64,000 bases of DNA from a virus (taxonomy: Duplodnaviria; Heunggongvirae; Uroviricota; Caudoviricetes), in the IMG/VR virus record IMGVR_UViG_3300014038_000199; one strand, written 5' to 3'. This document shows, piece by piece, positions 29,783 through 39,900 of the stretch. The notes under the pieces were generated by a model that was not told the DNA's origin, searched no databases, and worked only from the letters and a program-made list of their open reading frames with translations. A program made the position numbers and the translations under genes. How positions within the stretch are numbered: position 1 is the first letter of the stretch; every line of letters begins with the position of its first letter.

Positions 29783-30766
29783 ATGAGTAAATATATTTTA
29801 AGAGATGTGTTAGATGCCTTATACGATATGCAAAAACTTCGTATAGCGAGTGGTAATAGGTTATATCAGATATTTAAGGATAAATCTGATGCTGACACTG
29901 CTATTTTAGAAGAGATAGAGAAGGAAAAGCAAAATAATGGGGAAGATAAAGAGAATGATGTTAAAGCTGATGCTCTGTTAAAATCTATAAATTCAGAGTA
30001 TAAAGAGTTGACAGCCTATATGACCGAAAATAATAAGACAATAGCTTCAGCCTTAAAGAAGATTGAAACTATTAAGATATTAACTAAGACAGATTATAGT
30101 ATGGTTAGGGCTTATAATCTGTTATTGGAATCAGAAGAAAGTTATAAAAAGGTGTTAGAGTCAACTATCAAAGAGCATCCTGTATGCACAGGTTTTTTGA
30201 ATAATATAAAAGGGTGCGGACCGATGATGAGTGCAAACATAATAGCGTATTTAGACCCTTATAAAGCCAGACATGCCTCTAGTTTCAGAAAATATGCTGG
30301 TTTAGATGTAGTTCCTACTAAGGATAAAGAGGGTAATTTTATGTTTGATGAAGAGGGTAATATGATTACCCATGGAAGAAAGATGGCAGATACTGAAAAC
30401 TATGAATACATAGATAAGAACGGCAATAAAGCTATCAAAAAGGGTATTACATATAATCCAAAGTTAAAGTCTAAATTAATAGGAGTTTTAGCGTCTGGTA
30501 TAATCAAAGCTAAAGACCCTGTGTATACAAAGATTTATTATGACTATAAGATGAGATTGGAAAACCACCCAAAGCACAAAGACAAGTCAGCAGCTCATAG
30601 GAATAACATGGCATTGCGTTATATGATACAAAAGTTGCTAAGTAACTTATGGGCTTATTGGAGAGAACTTGAGGGATTAGAAGTAACAGAGCCTTATGAG
30701 GTTGCAAAGTTAGGAATGAGACCACATGGGTTTAACGATGGAGATAATAAAAAGAATACAAACTAA
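29783..30766 (+). CDS. Helix-hairpin-helix protein resembling the C-terminal (Transposase_20) domain of IS110-family transposases. Candidate array-binding or initiator protein.
   Basis: GCGPMMSANIIAYLDPYKARHASSFRKYAGLDVVP fits (G.G...A..I.A..gd...F.......YAGL.P). Downstream HGRKMADTENY ... KKGITYNPKLKSKL ... YYDYKMR ... KHKDKSAAHRNNMALRYMIQKL matches the IS110 C-terminal pattern. The N-terminal 130 aa lack the DEDD/RuvC-like motifs. Confidence 0.4.
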   Translation: MSKYILRDVLDALYDMQKLRIASGNRLYQIFKDKSDADTAILEEIEKEKQNNGEDKENDVKADALLKSINSEYKELTAYMTENNKTIASALKKIETIKILTKTDYSMVRAYNLLLESEESYKKVLESTIKEHPVCTGFLNNIKGCGPMMSANIIAYLDPYKARHASSFRKYAGLDVVPTKDKEGNFMFDEEGNMITHGRKMADTENYEYIDKNGNKAIKKGITYNPKLKSKLIGVLASGIIKAKDPVYTKIYYDYKMRLENHPKHKDKSAAHRNNMALRYMIQKLLSNLWAYWRELEGLEVTEPYEVAKLGMRPHGFNDGDNKKNTN

Positions 30767-30824
30767 AAATAGGACATAAGAGGAATTATATAATGCATGT
30801 GTTTATTGGAAAAGGAGTTAATAA

Positions 30825-31433
30825 ATGGATAACAAAAAGAAATATGTTGAATACAGTAAAATTTATTGGGATTATGGAAAAGCAAGTATCACTAATAGGA
30901 CTGATGTAATAAGGAGTTGTGTGTTGTTGATAAGCATACTAATAACTCTTATTATAGCAGATATCATAAATGCTATTATATCACCTAAAGATTTCAGTTC
31001 TTTTATAGTTATAACTTATGTAGCAACAGTTACAACAGCTATTCTATTGGCAATCTATCTTATTGGTGGGTGTGAAGAACTTAACAAGTATAAGAAAGAA
31101 GTGTATAAATTAGAACAAAATTTAGGTTTGGATTTTAATAAATTCAAGGAGAATTATGTATTTTTAGAGAGTTATATTACAGACTTAAAAAATAAATATA
31201 AGTACATTAGGGATATAGAGTTTTCGGATTATAGCTTTAAGGATTGGCAATATGTAGATATTATTCTTAATAAGTTTTATAATGGAATAGATAGCAATTA
31301 TTACAATAAGTTAGGAGATAATACTATAAGTCTATACAGAGATGATAGTATAAGTTTATTAGCTATAACTAGAATACTTGGTAATGATAGTGAATACAGC
31401 TATGATAAAGTAGAAAATAGTTTAAAGAATTAA
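30825..31433 (+). CDS. Membrane protein (two N-terminal TM helices) with a soluble C-terminal domain.
   Basis: Hydrophobic segments VLLISILITLIIADIINAII and FIVITYVATVTTAILLAIYLIGG. Good RBS. Confidence 0.35.
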   Translation: MDNKKKYVEYSKIYWDYGKASITNRTDVIRSCVLLISILITLIIADIINAIISPKDFSSFIVITYVATVTTAILLAIYLIGGCEELNKYKKEVYKLEQNLGLDFNKFKENYVFLESYITDLKNKYKYIRDIEFSDYSFKDWQYVDIILNKFYNGIDSNYYNKLGDNTISLYRDDSISLLAITRILGNDSEYSYDKVENSLKN

Positions 31434-31436
31434 AAA

Positions 31437-31481
31437 TAGGCTTATAGTAAATAATTTAATATTTACTATAAGCCTATTTTT
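31437..31481 (+). terminator. Rho-independent terminator.
   Basis: ATAGGCTTATAGTAAATA-attta-TATTTACTATAAGCCTAT followed by TTTT. Confidence 0.7.
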
Positions 31482-31598
31482 AAGTTTATAGCTTAGGTAT
31501 ATTTAATATATAAATATATTTTTTAAGAGAGGTATGTTAATCTGTGTAAAGGGATTTGATAATAATATACGATAAAAAACTTTAAGGAGGTAATTAAT

Positions 31599-32438
31599 GT
31601 GAATAAGGCAGTAGTAAAGGGAATAAAAAGTTTTAGTATAATATTTATAGTTTTAGCAGTTATAGTAATGTTTATAGGTACTTTCTATAATGTAGATACT
31701 GGACAAGTAGGCATAGTGATGAGGTTTGGTAAAGTTATAGCTATTAAAGAAGAGGGATTGAATTTGAAGTTGCCTGTTATAGATAGGGTTTACAGAATGA
31801 ATATCAGAGAACAAACTATGAAATTCAGTAATGAGGGAGATAGTAATGATGCTCCTGCTATATCAGCTTCTACTAGGGATATGCAAACAGTTCTTGTTTC
31901 TGTAACTGTGTCAGATATAGTTACAGACCCTATGAAGTTATATAGGGCTTTCACTGGAAATCATGTTCGTAGCATGATGATACCTAGAGTAAAGGATGCA
32001 GTACAAACTCAAGTGTCTAAATATACTATAGAAGAATTTATAGCAAAAAGAGACCAATTATCTCAGGATATTTATGATGACCTTGAGAAAACTTTTGGAA
32101 ACTATGGAATTACTTTGACTAATGTAAGTATTATAGACCACGACTTTTCTGATGCTTATGAGGCTGCTGTAGAGGCTAAAAAGATAGCAGAGCAACAAGT
32201 AGAAGAAGAGCGTCAAAAACAGCAAAAGCTTGTAGTAGAGCAAGAAAATAAGGTAAAGCTTGCTGAACTTGAAGTTGAAAAGAAAAGACTTGAGGCTGAG
32301 GCTAATAAAATAGTTACGGACTCTTTATCAAAAGAGATTTTACAGAAACAGATGATAGAGAAGTGGGATGGAAAATTGCCGTATGTTAACGGCAATTCTA
32401 ATGGGGTAATACTATCTCCAGAGATGTTTAATAATTAG
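31599..32438 (+). CDS. SPFH/band-7 (prohibitin/HflKC-like) membrane protein with a C-terminal coiled coil.
   Basis: N-terminal TM. VDTGQVGIVMRFGKV ... GLNLKLPVIDRV matches the SPFH signature. C-terminal E/K/Q-rich coiled coil. GTG start with aaggagg. Confidence 0.7.
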   Translation: MNKAVVKGIKSFSIIFIVLAVIVMFIGTFYNVDTGQVGIVMRFGKVIAIKEEGLNLKLPVIDRVYRMNIREQTMKFSNEGDSNDAPAISASTRDMQTVLVSVTVSDIVTDPMKLYRAFTGNHVRSMMIPRVKDAVQTQVSKYTIEEFIAKRDQLSQDIYDDLEKTFGNYGITLTNVSIIDHDFSDAYEAAVEAKKIAEQQVEEERQKQQKLVVEQENKVKLAELEVEKKRLEAEANKIVTDSLSKEILQKQMIEKWDGKLPYVNGNSNGVILSPEMFNN

Positions 32439-32442
32439 AAAA

Positions 32443-32484
32443 AATCAGAGCCTGTTTTTTTGACAGGCTATGATTTTTATTTTA
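32443..32484 (+). terminator. Rho-independent terminator.
   Basis: AATCAGAGCCTGT-ttttttg-ACAGGCTATGATT followed by TTTATTTT. Confidence 0.6.
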
Positions 32485-32555
32485 GATGACATCTATTATA
32501 CTAATTAGCTTTATGGTAATATAATATATAAAATAAATTAAGGAGGGAAGGCTTT

Positions 32556-32948
32556 ATGGAATCAGCAATTTTAAGCCTATCTATATTAAGTTCATTGATA
32601 TTTTTTATATTAATGTTTGGTATGGTATCATTATTTATACCAAAGTTATATTATAACACAGAAAGATTTTTAATGTCAGAAAAGATAGTAAGTTTACTTC
32701 TGTTAGTTATAGCGATATTAGATATTGTAACAATATATTTATTAAATAGCGTTAGAAAATTATCCTTAAGTGGAGATAGTTTATTAGGCAAAGTTTTTAT
32801 AGATTCAGTTATAATAATTTTTGGAATAGGTGTTGTTTATAGTGTAGAGAAAGTACATCCAGAAGGATATAAGAAATGTAAATATTTTATAAGTACATTT
32901 CTTTTATTGGTAGTGTTAAAGGCAATAGAGTTTATGTTTTTATTATAA
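32556..32948 (+). CDS. Small polytopic membrane protein.
   Basis: 130 aa with 3-4 hydrophobic helices. RBS aaggaggg. Confidence 0.4.
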   Translation: MESAILSLSILSSLIFFILMFGMVSLFIPKLYYNTERFLMSEKIVSLLLLVIAILDIVTIYLLNSVRKLSLSGDSLLGKVFIDSVIIIFGIGVVYSVEKVHPEGYKKCKYFISTFLLLVVLKAIEFMFLL

Positions 32949-32958
32949 GAAAGGAGAT

Positions 32959-33195
32959 TTGAACTTGAATAGTTTATTAAATGTTGCATATTACATAACA
33001 ACTATTAATCATGATGATTCAATATTATTTAATTATTTGTTACCTATATTGGCTGTATCTAGTATTATTACTGCTGTAGTATGTATAAAGTCAAAACATC
33101 GTGAGATTCGGTTTCTTGGTGTTATAACTATTCTGTTGACTATGTGTACTTTTGCTGGTAGTATATTATATACTTTTTTGCTATTAGGGCAGTAG
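32959..33195 (+). CDS. Small membrane protein.
   Basis: 78 aa, 2 TM. TTG start with aaggag. Confidence 0.35.
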   Translation: MNLNSLLNVAYYITTINHDDSILFNYLLPILAVSSIITAVVCIKSKHREIRFLGVITILLTMCTFAGSILYTFLLLGQ

Positions 33196-33445
33196 TTTAT
33201 TATCTACTTAAGTTATGTATGCTGTAGGCTAATTAACGGTAATCTTATACATTAAGTTTCGGATGGGGAGGTGATTCTTTTAGTGTTACTTTTTATTACA
33301 GTTTTATTTATTTCTTTTTTCGTTTTCTTATTTAACTTTATAGATAATAAAATTGATATTAGGATGATTTACTTAATTACTTATGTAGTTGTTGGTTCTG
33401 TTCTAATAGCAATGTTAGTTAAGTATTTGTTTTGAGGAGGTTGTT

Positions 33446-33976
33446 TTGGAAACTTTCATTGTAATATGTTTAATGGAGTTACTATATACTTTTTCAGCAG
33501 AACCTAAAAAATCTGGTGTATTGCATAACTGCTTTTTAATTTCAAGATTTGCTTTATTAACTGTAATAGCATTTACTATTTATAGATTCAGTGCTAATTT
33601 AGTTTTTGATATTAATGTATTTGCTTGTAGTTATTTAGGGATACTTTTGCTTATATTGGCTACTCTTAATAAAGCAAGAGATATTCAATTAATAGGGTTT
33701 TTGCTTTTGTGGTTTGGTTGTGTTAACATAACAAATGTATTATATAGAAACAGCATAGAATTTGTTGTTAAATACGATGTGATATCAAAGGATTTATTAA
33801 AAATACTTAATTCTGTATTTTTTGGTACAGCTATAGTTATATTTTTTACTTCAGGAATGTTAGAGTATAAGGTAAAGAATAAATTAGTTTTATCAGTTTT
33901 AGGGGTATCTTTGATTGTAATGGTATTTGCAACTATTTTATCTGGATATAAATTGTTTATAGGGGAAATGATATGA
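33446..33976 (+). CDS. Polytopic membrane protein.
   Basis: 176 aa with about 5 TM. TTG start with gaggagg. Confidence 0.4.
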   Translation: METFIVICLMELLYTFSAEPKKSGVLHNCFLISRFALLTVIAFTIYRFSANLVFDINVFACSYLGILLLILATLNKARDIQLIGFLLLWFGCVNITNVLYRNSIEFVVKYDVISKDLLKILNSVFFGTAIVIFFTSGMLEYKVKNKLVLSVLGVSLIVMVFATILSGYKLFIGEMI

Positions 33977-34515
33977 TAGATTATACAGGCATTAGTGATT
34001 CATACCAATATTTTCTTGGTTTGCCTATTACTGGAGCAATAATATTAATATTCTGTCTTTTAGTTTTAGTTTTATCTTATATGGCAACTGAATTTGTTGA
34101 TAAAAATAAGAATACTAAATATAATAAGGGAATTAGGTTTAAGATATTAAATGAGCTTTACTTTATTTTTGATAAATTACCTTTAGTAGCTTTTATAGTT
34201 TTAGTTGCATTTTTATCATCTCTTGGGGAAGTTGCAAAGTATAATAAAGATGATTGTATTAATAAATTAAATGAACTGGGTTTTATTACTGATATAGACA
34301 GAAAGAATTTATTTGATAACATAAATATTATAAGAATAGAAAAGGCAAGCATACTAGAAGAGTATAAAGTAGCATATCCAGAGCGTAAAGATGATTTAAC
34401 TTCTGTATATGAGAATATAATACTTAATAAGTTTTATAATAATCAAGTGTTTAATGAGATAGCAGATGATCCAGTTTATGGGTTAAGTAGATTTGAAAGC
34501 AAATTGAAAAGGTAG
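33973..34515 (+). CDS. Membrane protein (2 TM) with a soluble C-terminus.
   Basis: ATGA overlap with the preceding gene, suggesting translational coupling. Confidence 0.4.
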   Translation: MIDYTGISDSYQYFLGLPITGAIILIFCLLVLVLSYMATEFVDKNKNTKYNKGIRFKILNELYFIFDKLPLVAFIVLVAFLSSLGEVAKYNKDDCINKLNELGFITDIDRKNLFDNINIIRIEKASILEEYKVAYPERKDDLTSVYENIILNKFYNNQVFNEIADDPVYGLSRFESKLKR

Positions 34516-34524
34516 GAGATTTAT

Positions 34525-34908
34525 ATGGATTTTGATAAAGAAAGTCATTTAAGCAATCAAGAAAGTAAGATAGACAGTCAGGAAAGTAAGGAGGACAATG
34601 AAGAAAGTAAGGATACTTTAGATATACTAGAATCTGTTTCAGATTCATTTATAGATGGAATAGTTTGGCATTTATTTTCGGGTTCTATTTTGTTTTTGTT
34701 ATTGTCTTTTATATCATTTTTTATAACTGAAGAGGCAAAATCTCTTGATGAGGTTATATTTGGTTTACTGACATATATTAAAATTGCAAGTTTTGCTCTA
34801 GGTTTAACTTTTTTATTTTCATTCTTTATTGGTCTATTTGTATTAAGTAAAGATAAGGGAATGACAATAAAAGAATATACAGAAAGCTTAAAAAAGAAGT
34901 ATAAATAA
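34525..34908 (+). CDS. Membrane protein with an acidic N-terminus and 2-3 TM.
   Basis: RBS ggtaggag. Confidence 0.4.
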   Translation: MDFDKESHLSNQESKIDSQESKEDNEESKDTLDILESVSDSFIDGIVWHLFSGSILFLLLSFISFFITEEAKSLDEVIFGLLTYIKIASFALGLTFLFSFFIGLFVLSKDKGMTIKEYTESLKKKYK

Positions 34909-34956
34909 GATTAAGGCATATACAAATTAGCTGTATATGCCTTAATCTTATTTATA
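34907..34956 (+). terminator. Rho-independent terminator (18-bp stem).
   Basis: AAGATTAAGGCATATACA-aattagc-TGTATATGCCTTAATCTT followed by ATTTAT. Confidence 0.7.
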
Positions 34957-35002
34957 AGCATATACATAGTATAACATACTTAAAAATAAGGAGATTAAAA
35001 CT

Positions 35003-35677
35003 ATGAAAATTGATGGAGAAGATTTTTTAATACTTAATTATGCTAAATTAGCTGATGATTATACCTATTTCAGCGAAACTAAGTTACCTACTTGGTTAGA
35101 GTTTGGAACATATTGTTTATTTGAGTTGTTTGTATGGACTTTGATTGGTATATTCTTTTATTTAGCTTTCTGGTTTATTGGTCTTTTTGGTGTTAATATA
35201 CCTGATTTGCTAATTGATTTTGTTAATAAGTTAATTAGCTTTATTTCTGGTAATAAGATAGCTTCTGTTCCCAGTTTTATATCAGGTAAGAAAATAGCTT
35301 TTGTATTTGCTTATGTGGCTTACTTTATTAAAGAAATACATGATTTTTATATTTTGGTATCTTATAAAATTTTTAATTATAAAAAAGGCTTAAATAGTAT
35401 GCTAGAATTAGATGGAATTACATTAGATATAAGTAAAATAGCTAATTTAGTTTATATTGTAAGGTCTAATTTGATTAATATTGATGCTAAAGATACTAAA
35501 GTGTTTAATGCTATTATATATTCAGAGTCAGAATACAATAATTTTGATTTATTGGTAGATAACATATTACATAGATATTTTACAAGTAATAAATCATTAG
35601 AGTCTAAGTATACAAATGAATTTAACAGAGTGTATAATCAAGTTAAGTTTGATATAGATAAATACTTTAAGAATTAA
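35003..35677 (+). CDS. Membrane protein (N-terminal TM helices).
   Basis: RBS aaggag. Hydrophobic segment CLFELFVWTLIGIFFYLAFWFIGLFGV. Confidence 0.4.
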   Translation: MKIDGEDFLILNYAKLADDYTYFSETKLPTWLEFGTYCLFELFVWTLIGIFFYLAFWFIGLFGVNIPDLLIDFVNKLISFISGNKIASVPSFISGKKIAFVFAYVAYFIKEIHDFYILVSYKIFNYKKGLNSMLELDGITLDISKIANLVYIVRSNLINIDAKDTKVFNAIIYSESEYNNFDLLVDNILHRYFTSNKSLESKYTNEFNRVYNQVKFDIDKYFKN

Positions 35678-35680
35678 TTA

Positions 35681-35712
35681 AAAGAGCCTAAATACAGGCT
35701 CTTTTAATATTT
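35681..35712 (+). terminator. Rho-independent terminator.
   Basis: AAAGAGCCT-aaataca-GGCTCTTTT. Confidence 0.6.
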
Positions 35713-35777
35713 ATAGCTTATATATTAATTATATACTGTAAAATAGTAATAGTATAACTTATAAAGGAGGAAACGAT

Positions 35778-36230
35778 TTGAGGGAAAGAATAGTAAAGGT
35801 ATTAGCTTTTATTATAGTTATAAGTTTATTAGGAAATTCTAAAGTATATGCAAGTACTCCTATTGAAGTAAGAGCATCTGCATTAAACGGAGAGGACATC
35901 TCCACTCACTTAGGAGATACAATAGGAAATTATAAACTTACAGGTTATTGCAGTTGTGCTATATGCAATGGTAGATGGGTCAATCAGCCTACTAAACTTG
36001 GAACAGGTTATACAGAGGATTTAACAATAGCTGTAGACCCTAGTTACATACCATTAGGTTCATTTATTTGGTTAAACATTCAAGGTGTAGGTTGGAGATT
36101 ATATCAGGCTCAGGATACAGGTGGAGCAATTAAAGGAAATAAGATAGATGTTTATGTGGGAAATAACCATGGAGATTGCTATAACAATAGATTTAATGTA
36201 GTAACTGAAGTAAGAGCGTATATACCTTAA
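35778..36230 (+). CDS. Secreted 3D-domain (MltA-like/YuiC-type) cell-wall-binding or cleaving protein.
   Basis: Signal peptide. LTGYCSCAICNGRW ... TIAVDPSYIPLGS ... AQDTGGAIKGNKIDVYVG matches the 3D-domain conserved Asp pattern. Confidence 0.7.
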   Translation: MRERIVKVLAFIIVISLLGNSKVYASTPIEVRASALNGEDISTHLGDTIGNYKLTGYCSCAICNGRWVNQPTKLGTGYTEDLTIAVDPSYIPLGSFIWLNIQGVGWRLYQAQDTGGAIKGNKIDVYVGNNHGDCYNNRFNVVTEVRAYIP

Positions 36231-36235
36231 TTTAT

Positions 36236-36276
36236 AAAAAAGATTATTAGATTTAGTTCTAATAATCTTTTTTAAT
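36236..36276 (+). terminator. Rho-independent terminator.
   Basis: AAGATTATTAG-atttagtt-CTAATAATCTT followed by TTTTTT. Confidence 0.65.
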
Positions 36277-36359
36277 ATACTGGTGTTGCTAAAATAAATA
36301 AGTTATAGTAACATATAATGTTATAATAGTATAGTTAAAAATCAATGGGAGGTTAATAT

Positions 36360-36947
36360 ATGAATATATTAAATAAGTTAAAAGAAAAGATAAAAGACAA
36401 AAAGAAGTTAGCAGTAGTTATAGGTGCTGGAGTAGTTATTGTCATATTGGCTAGTACAGTAATGTTTATTGGAAAAAAGAAAGTGGTTAGTAAAACAAAC
36501 AATACAGTTAATGTATCTGATGGAGCTACTACTTTAGATAGAAAGACTGCTAATGGTTTAGATAGTTCTGTAGCTACTGGGGAAAATGGGGAAATATTAG
36601 GTTCAGAGGGAGAAACTTTTGAGATTACCTTATCGCCAATGGATGAGCATAAAGCAACAGAAACTGTACCTGAGGATAATTCTAAAGATAAGCAAGAAGA
36701 AACAGCCGATATTTCAGATAACAAGCTAGAGCCTGATGAAATAGAAGATGAAGCAGGAGATGGTATTGAGTATGAATTAGATGCTGAAATGGAAAAGCAA
36801 GATGCTGAGGCAGAAAGTATAGCTAAAGCTTCTGATGCAGATAATGGATACTCTGGAGATGCAGCTAAGGAATTTATTTTTAAGGAACTTATGGAGAGAG
36901 ACCAAGCTCAGCTAGATATGGGTATACAAAGTGGTTTAGGAGAATAA
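36360..36947 (+). CDS. N-anchored acidic protein.
   Basis: TM (LAVVIGAGVVIVILASTVMFIG) then a D/E-rich domain. Confidence 0.4.
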   Translation: MNILNKLKEKIKDKKKLAVVIGAGVVIVILASTVMFIGKKKVVSKTNNTVNVSDGATTLDRKTANGLDSSVATGENGEILGSEGETFEITLSPMDEHKATETVPEDNSKDKQEETADISDNKLEPDEIEDEAGDGIEYELDAEMEKQDAEAESIAKASDADNGYSGDAAKEFIFKELMERDQAQLDMGIQSGLGE

Positions 36948-36951
36948 AATA

Positions 36952-39900
36952 ATGTCATTAAGAAAAAATTTATTAAAAAGATTTTTAGCATTTAGTTTAG
37001 GAATAATAACCAGTTTATCTGTGATAAATCCAATATATGCTTCATCTGTTCCTGATTTTGGAGGGGATGTCAATTCTGGTTCGTCTGGTTCTGAAAGAGC
37101 TGGTAGTTGGGCTGAGTATGCACATAGATTTTTTGCATATCCTCAAAATCAAGGTATAAGGATGTATTTAGTAAAAGAGGATGGAAAGCTTGCTTCAGAT
37201 GCTGTAGATATATTAATAAGGTATCCTTGGGATATAGATACTTGGACTAGTTTTGATGGAGCTCCAAGGTCGGAGTATGAAAAGTTTAAGTACAGCTTTA
37301 ATTGGACACATAGAGATGTACAACAGGAGAGAAATAAGGCAAGAGGAGAAAGTAAAGAGACTCGTTTTTGTTATTTAGCTGGTACTAAGACTACTGGATT
37401 TAGTGAGAGCTATTCTTCTTGGAAAACACATATAAAAAACAGAGCATCAAGAATAGGTGGAGGAGATATAAGATACATTAAATTTGAGGATTTTAATAAA
37501 GAGCTTAGTAAAAAGTTTAATGGAGTTAATTTTGTACCACCATCTAATTTAGTCGGAGGGCAGTTTACTAACGGAGGTCAGGTTATTAATGACTTTCTTA
37601 AGAGTAGAACAGCTGATAATAAATTAGGTGCTCAAGTTCTTGTAGATTTAAGATTAGATGGACAGTTTGGTGAAGATGGTAGAGGGATAAGTCATAATGT
37701 ATATAACAATGCTGCTGGAAGTGGAACTTATCTGTTTAATTTATTAGATGCAAATGAAAGACAACTTGTTGATACATCTCAAAAGACAGTATCTGCTATT
37801 ATGAGGGAGAAGAAATATAAATTAGCTCTTGAGCCAATATATTATATGGTACCAGAATTAATAAATGTAGAGCCTGGATATCATGTGTATGAATCAGAAA
37901 GAAATTATAGCAACTCTTTTAACTTTGTTTTATATGGTACTACTTCAAGTATATTAAGAACTATTAAAGAATTAGTGAATTTTAATTATGGGTTAATGGG
38001 AGATGACAGTGTTATAGGTAGGTTTTTAAGAACTTCCACAGGAAAACCTAATTTATCTAAGATATTTGTTGGAGGAGATTGGAATACAGCTAATTTAGGT
38101 GTTTCTACATTTCAAACTGAAAAGGAAGAAAAGTTTGGAGTAGGAACTTCCAATCCAGTTACTATAACTAAATTTGATGGCGTTCATGATATAGAATTTT
38201 ACGGAAAGAAATATTATTCTTTAGAGAAATTAACTGGACCTCTAGGTCAAAATACAGCAGCTTATCAAGGTTATGGAATAATGTTTTATAGCTTAGATGA
38301 TATTGGTACTTCAACATCTACGTTTGATGAAAAAACTTATGGAAGTAACTATAGAGAAGGTTCAGCCCCTCAAACAACAAATGATGATGGAACATTCCTA
38401 AGTGAGTATCCATCAGAGGGTACAGCTTATAAAACAGCTAATAGAGACCATAAATTTAGGATTGTTAAGTTTTATAGGGAAATAGACGGAGATGGAAATA
38501 AGACTTGCTTAAGTAATTTTGTTAGAGAAAACACAGTGCATACTATAAATATAGTAGATGAGGGTGGATATAAAGTAGATGGTTGGTTTACTGGTGATAG
38601 CAATAAAGTACCAACTAGCCAAAGTGAGTGTTATGATACCTATAAATCTAGTATACCTAATATACAAGGTGGAGGTTCAGCTGGTTCAGTTGTAATACCT
38701 CCAGACAGTATTGAAAAAACTTTATATGTTGTTCTTACAAAGAGAATACCTAGACCTCCTAAACAAGTAACAGGAACAGCTTCTAAATTATTCTTAGAGC
38801 AAGATGAATTAGCTTATACTTATAGCTTTTCAGATATAAGGACTTTGTATTCAGTAGGTCATAAAATACCATATAGAAGAACTATTACAAAGCGTAATGT
38901 ATCAATGGATAAGAGCAGTTATAATTATGAAGTAGTTAATACAGAAAATTACGGTAATACAAATTATATAGGTTATAGAGGTAATTTTGCTCCAAAAGAA
39001 ACAGGAACAGTAAGTATAAGTGGAGATATAGATTATAGCATATCAGGAAGAACTTTAAGAATACCATCGCAAAGATTAGCTGATTTATCACCTAATTTAA
39101 TGTTTTCTGTTTACAGGGATAAATCTACTGATAGAGTTACATTATATCCAAAATACAATGATACTGTTAAATCAGAATTAACTCAAATAGGAATAACTAA
39201 TGTATCTTATTCACCAGCTCAAAACAGAGTAGGAAGAACTACTGGAAGTGGATATTACACTTCCCAATTTAGAGCAACCTATGGTTATAAAGTAAAAGAT
39301 GGTACTATAAGATACAGTTATGATGTTAAAAGAAGTGATGGAAGTTATAACAGTGTAAGTAGGAGTTTTAGCATATCTGAGGGTGTTGGAGTTATAAGTA
39401 AGTTGAGAAGTTATTATAATACAGGTATAACTACTAAGTATTACTTTGGAGAAGTCAATAATGGAATTGAAGAGCCTAAAAGAACAAGTAGAGAAAGGTT
39501 TGTTATAGGTGGAAAGCAGTTTGGTGGTAATTTATACTATGATTACTCTAAAGTTAGCTTAGGTTTTTATCCATTTACAAGAATGAGATATCATACTGTA
39601 GCAGATACAAGTAATAAATTTGCCTTTGTAACTTCAACTAATAAAAGTACAATGTATGGAGTAACAGCAGTAGATAGTGGTGTTTATAGGTCAAATCCAA
39701 GTTTATATGGAATAGATGTACAATCAACTCAATGGAGTACCCATACAAAAGCTGTAGATGGACTAGCTAGAATTTTAGGAAGTCAAGTGCAACCTAGCAA
39801 AAGTTTAATACCTGGTGGTGCAACAGTAGACTTAAAATCATCTAATACATCTAGTGAGGCTAGTGAAATATGGTTAGGTTTTAGAACATATCAAGTATGC

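Noticed and set aside
29783-30766. Calling this an intact IS110-family insertion sequence.
   Set aside because: The N-terminal DEDD catalytic domain is not recognisable and no flanking inverted repeats or duplications are evident. Only the C-terminal HhH similarity is supported.
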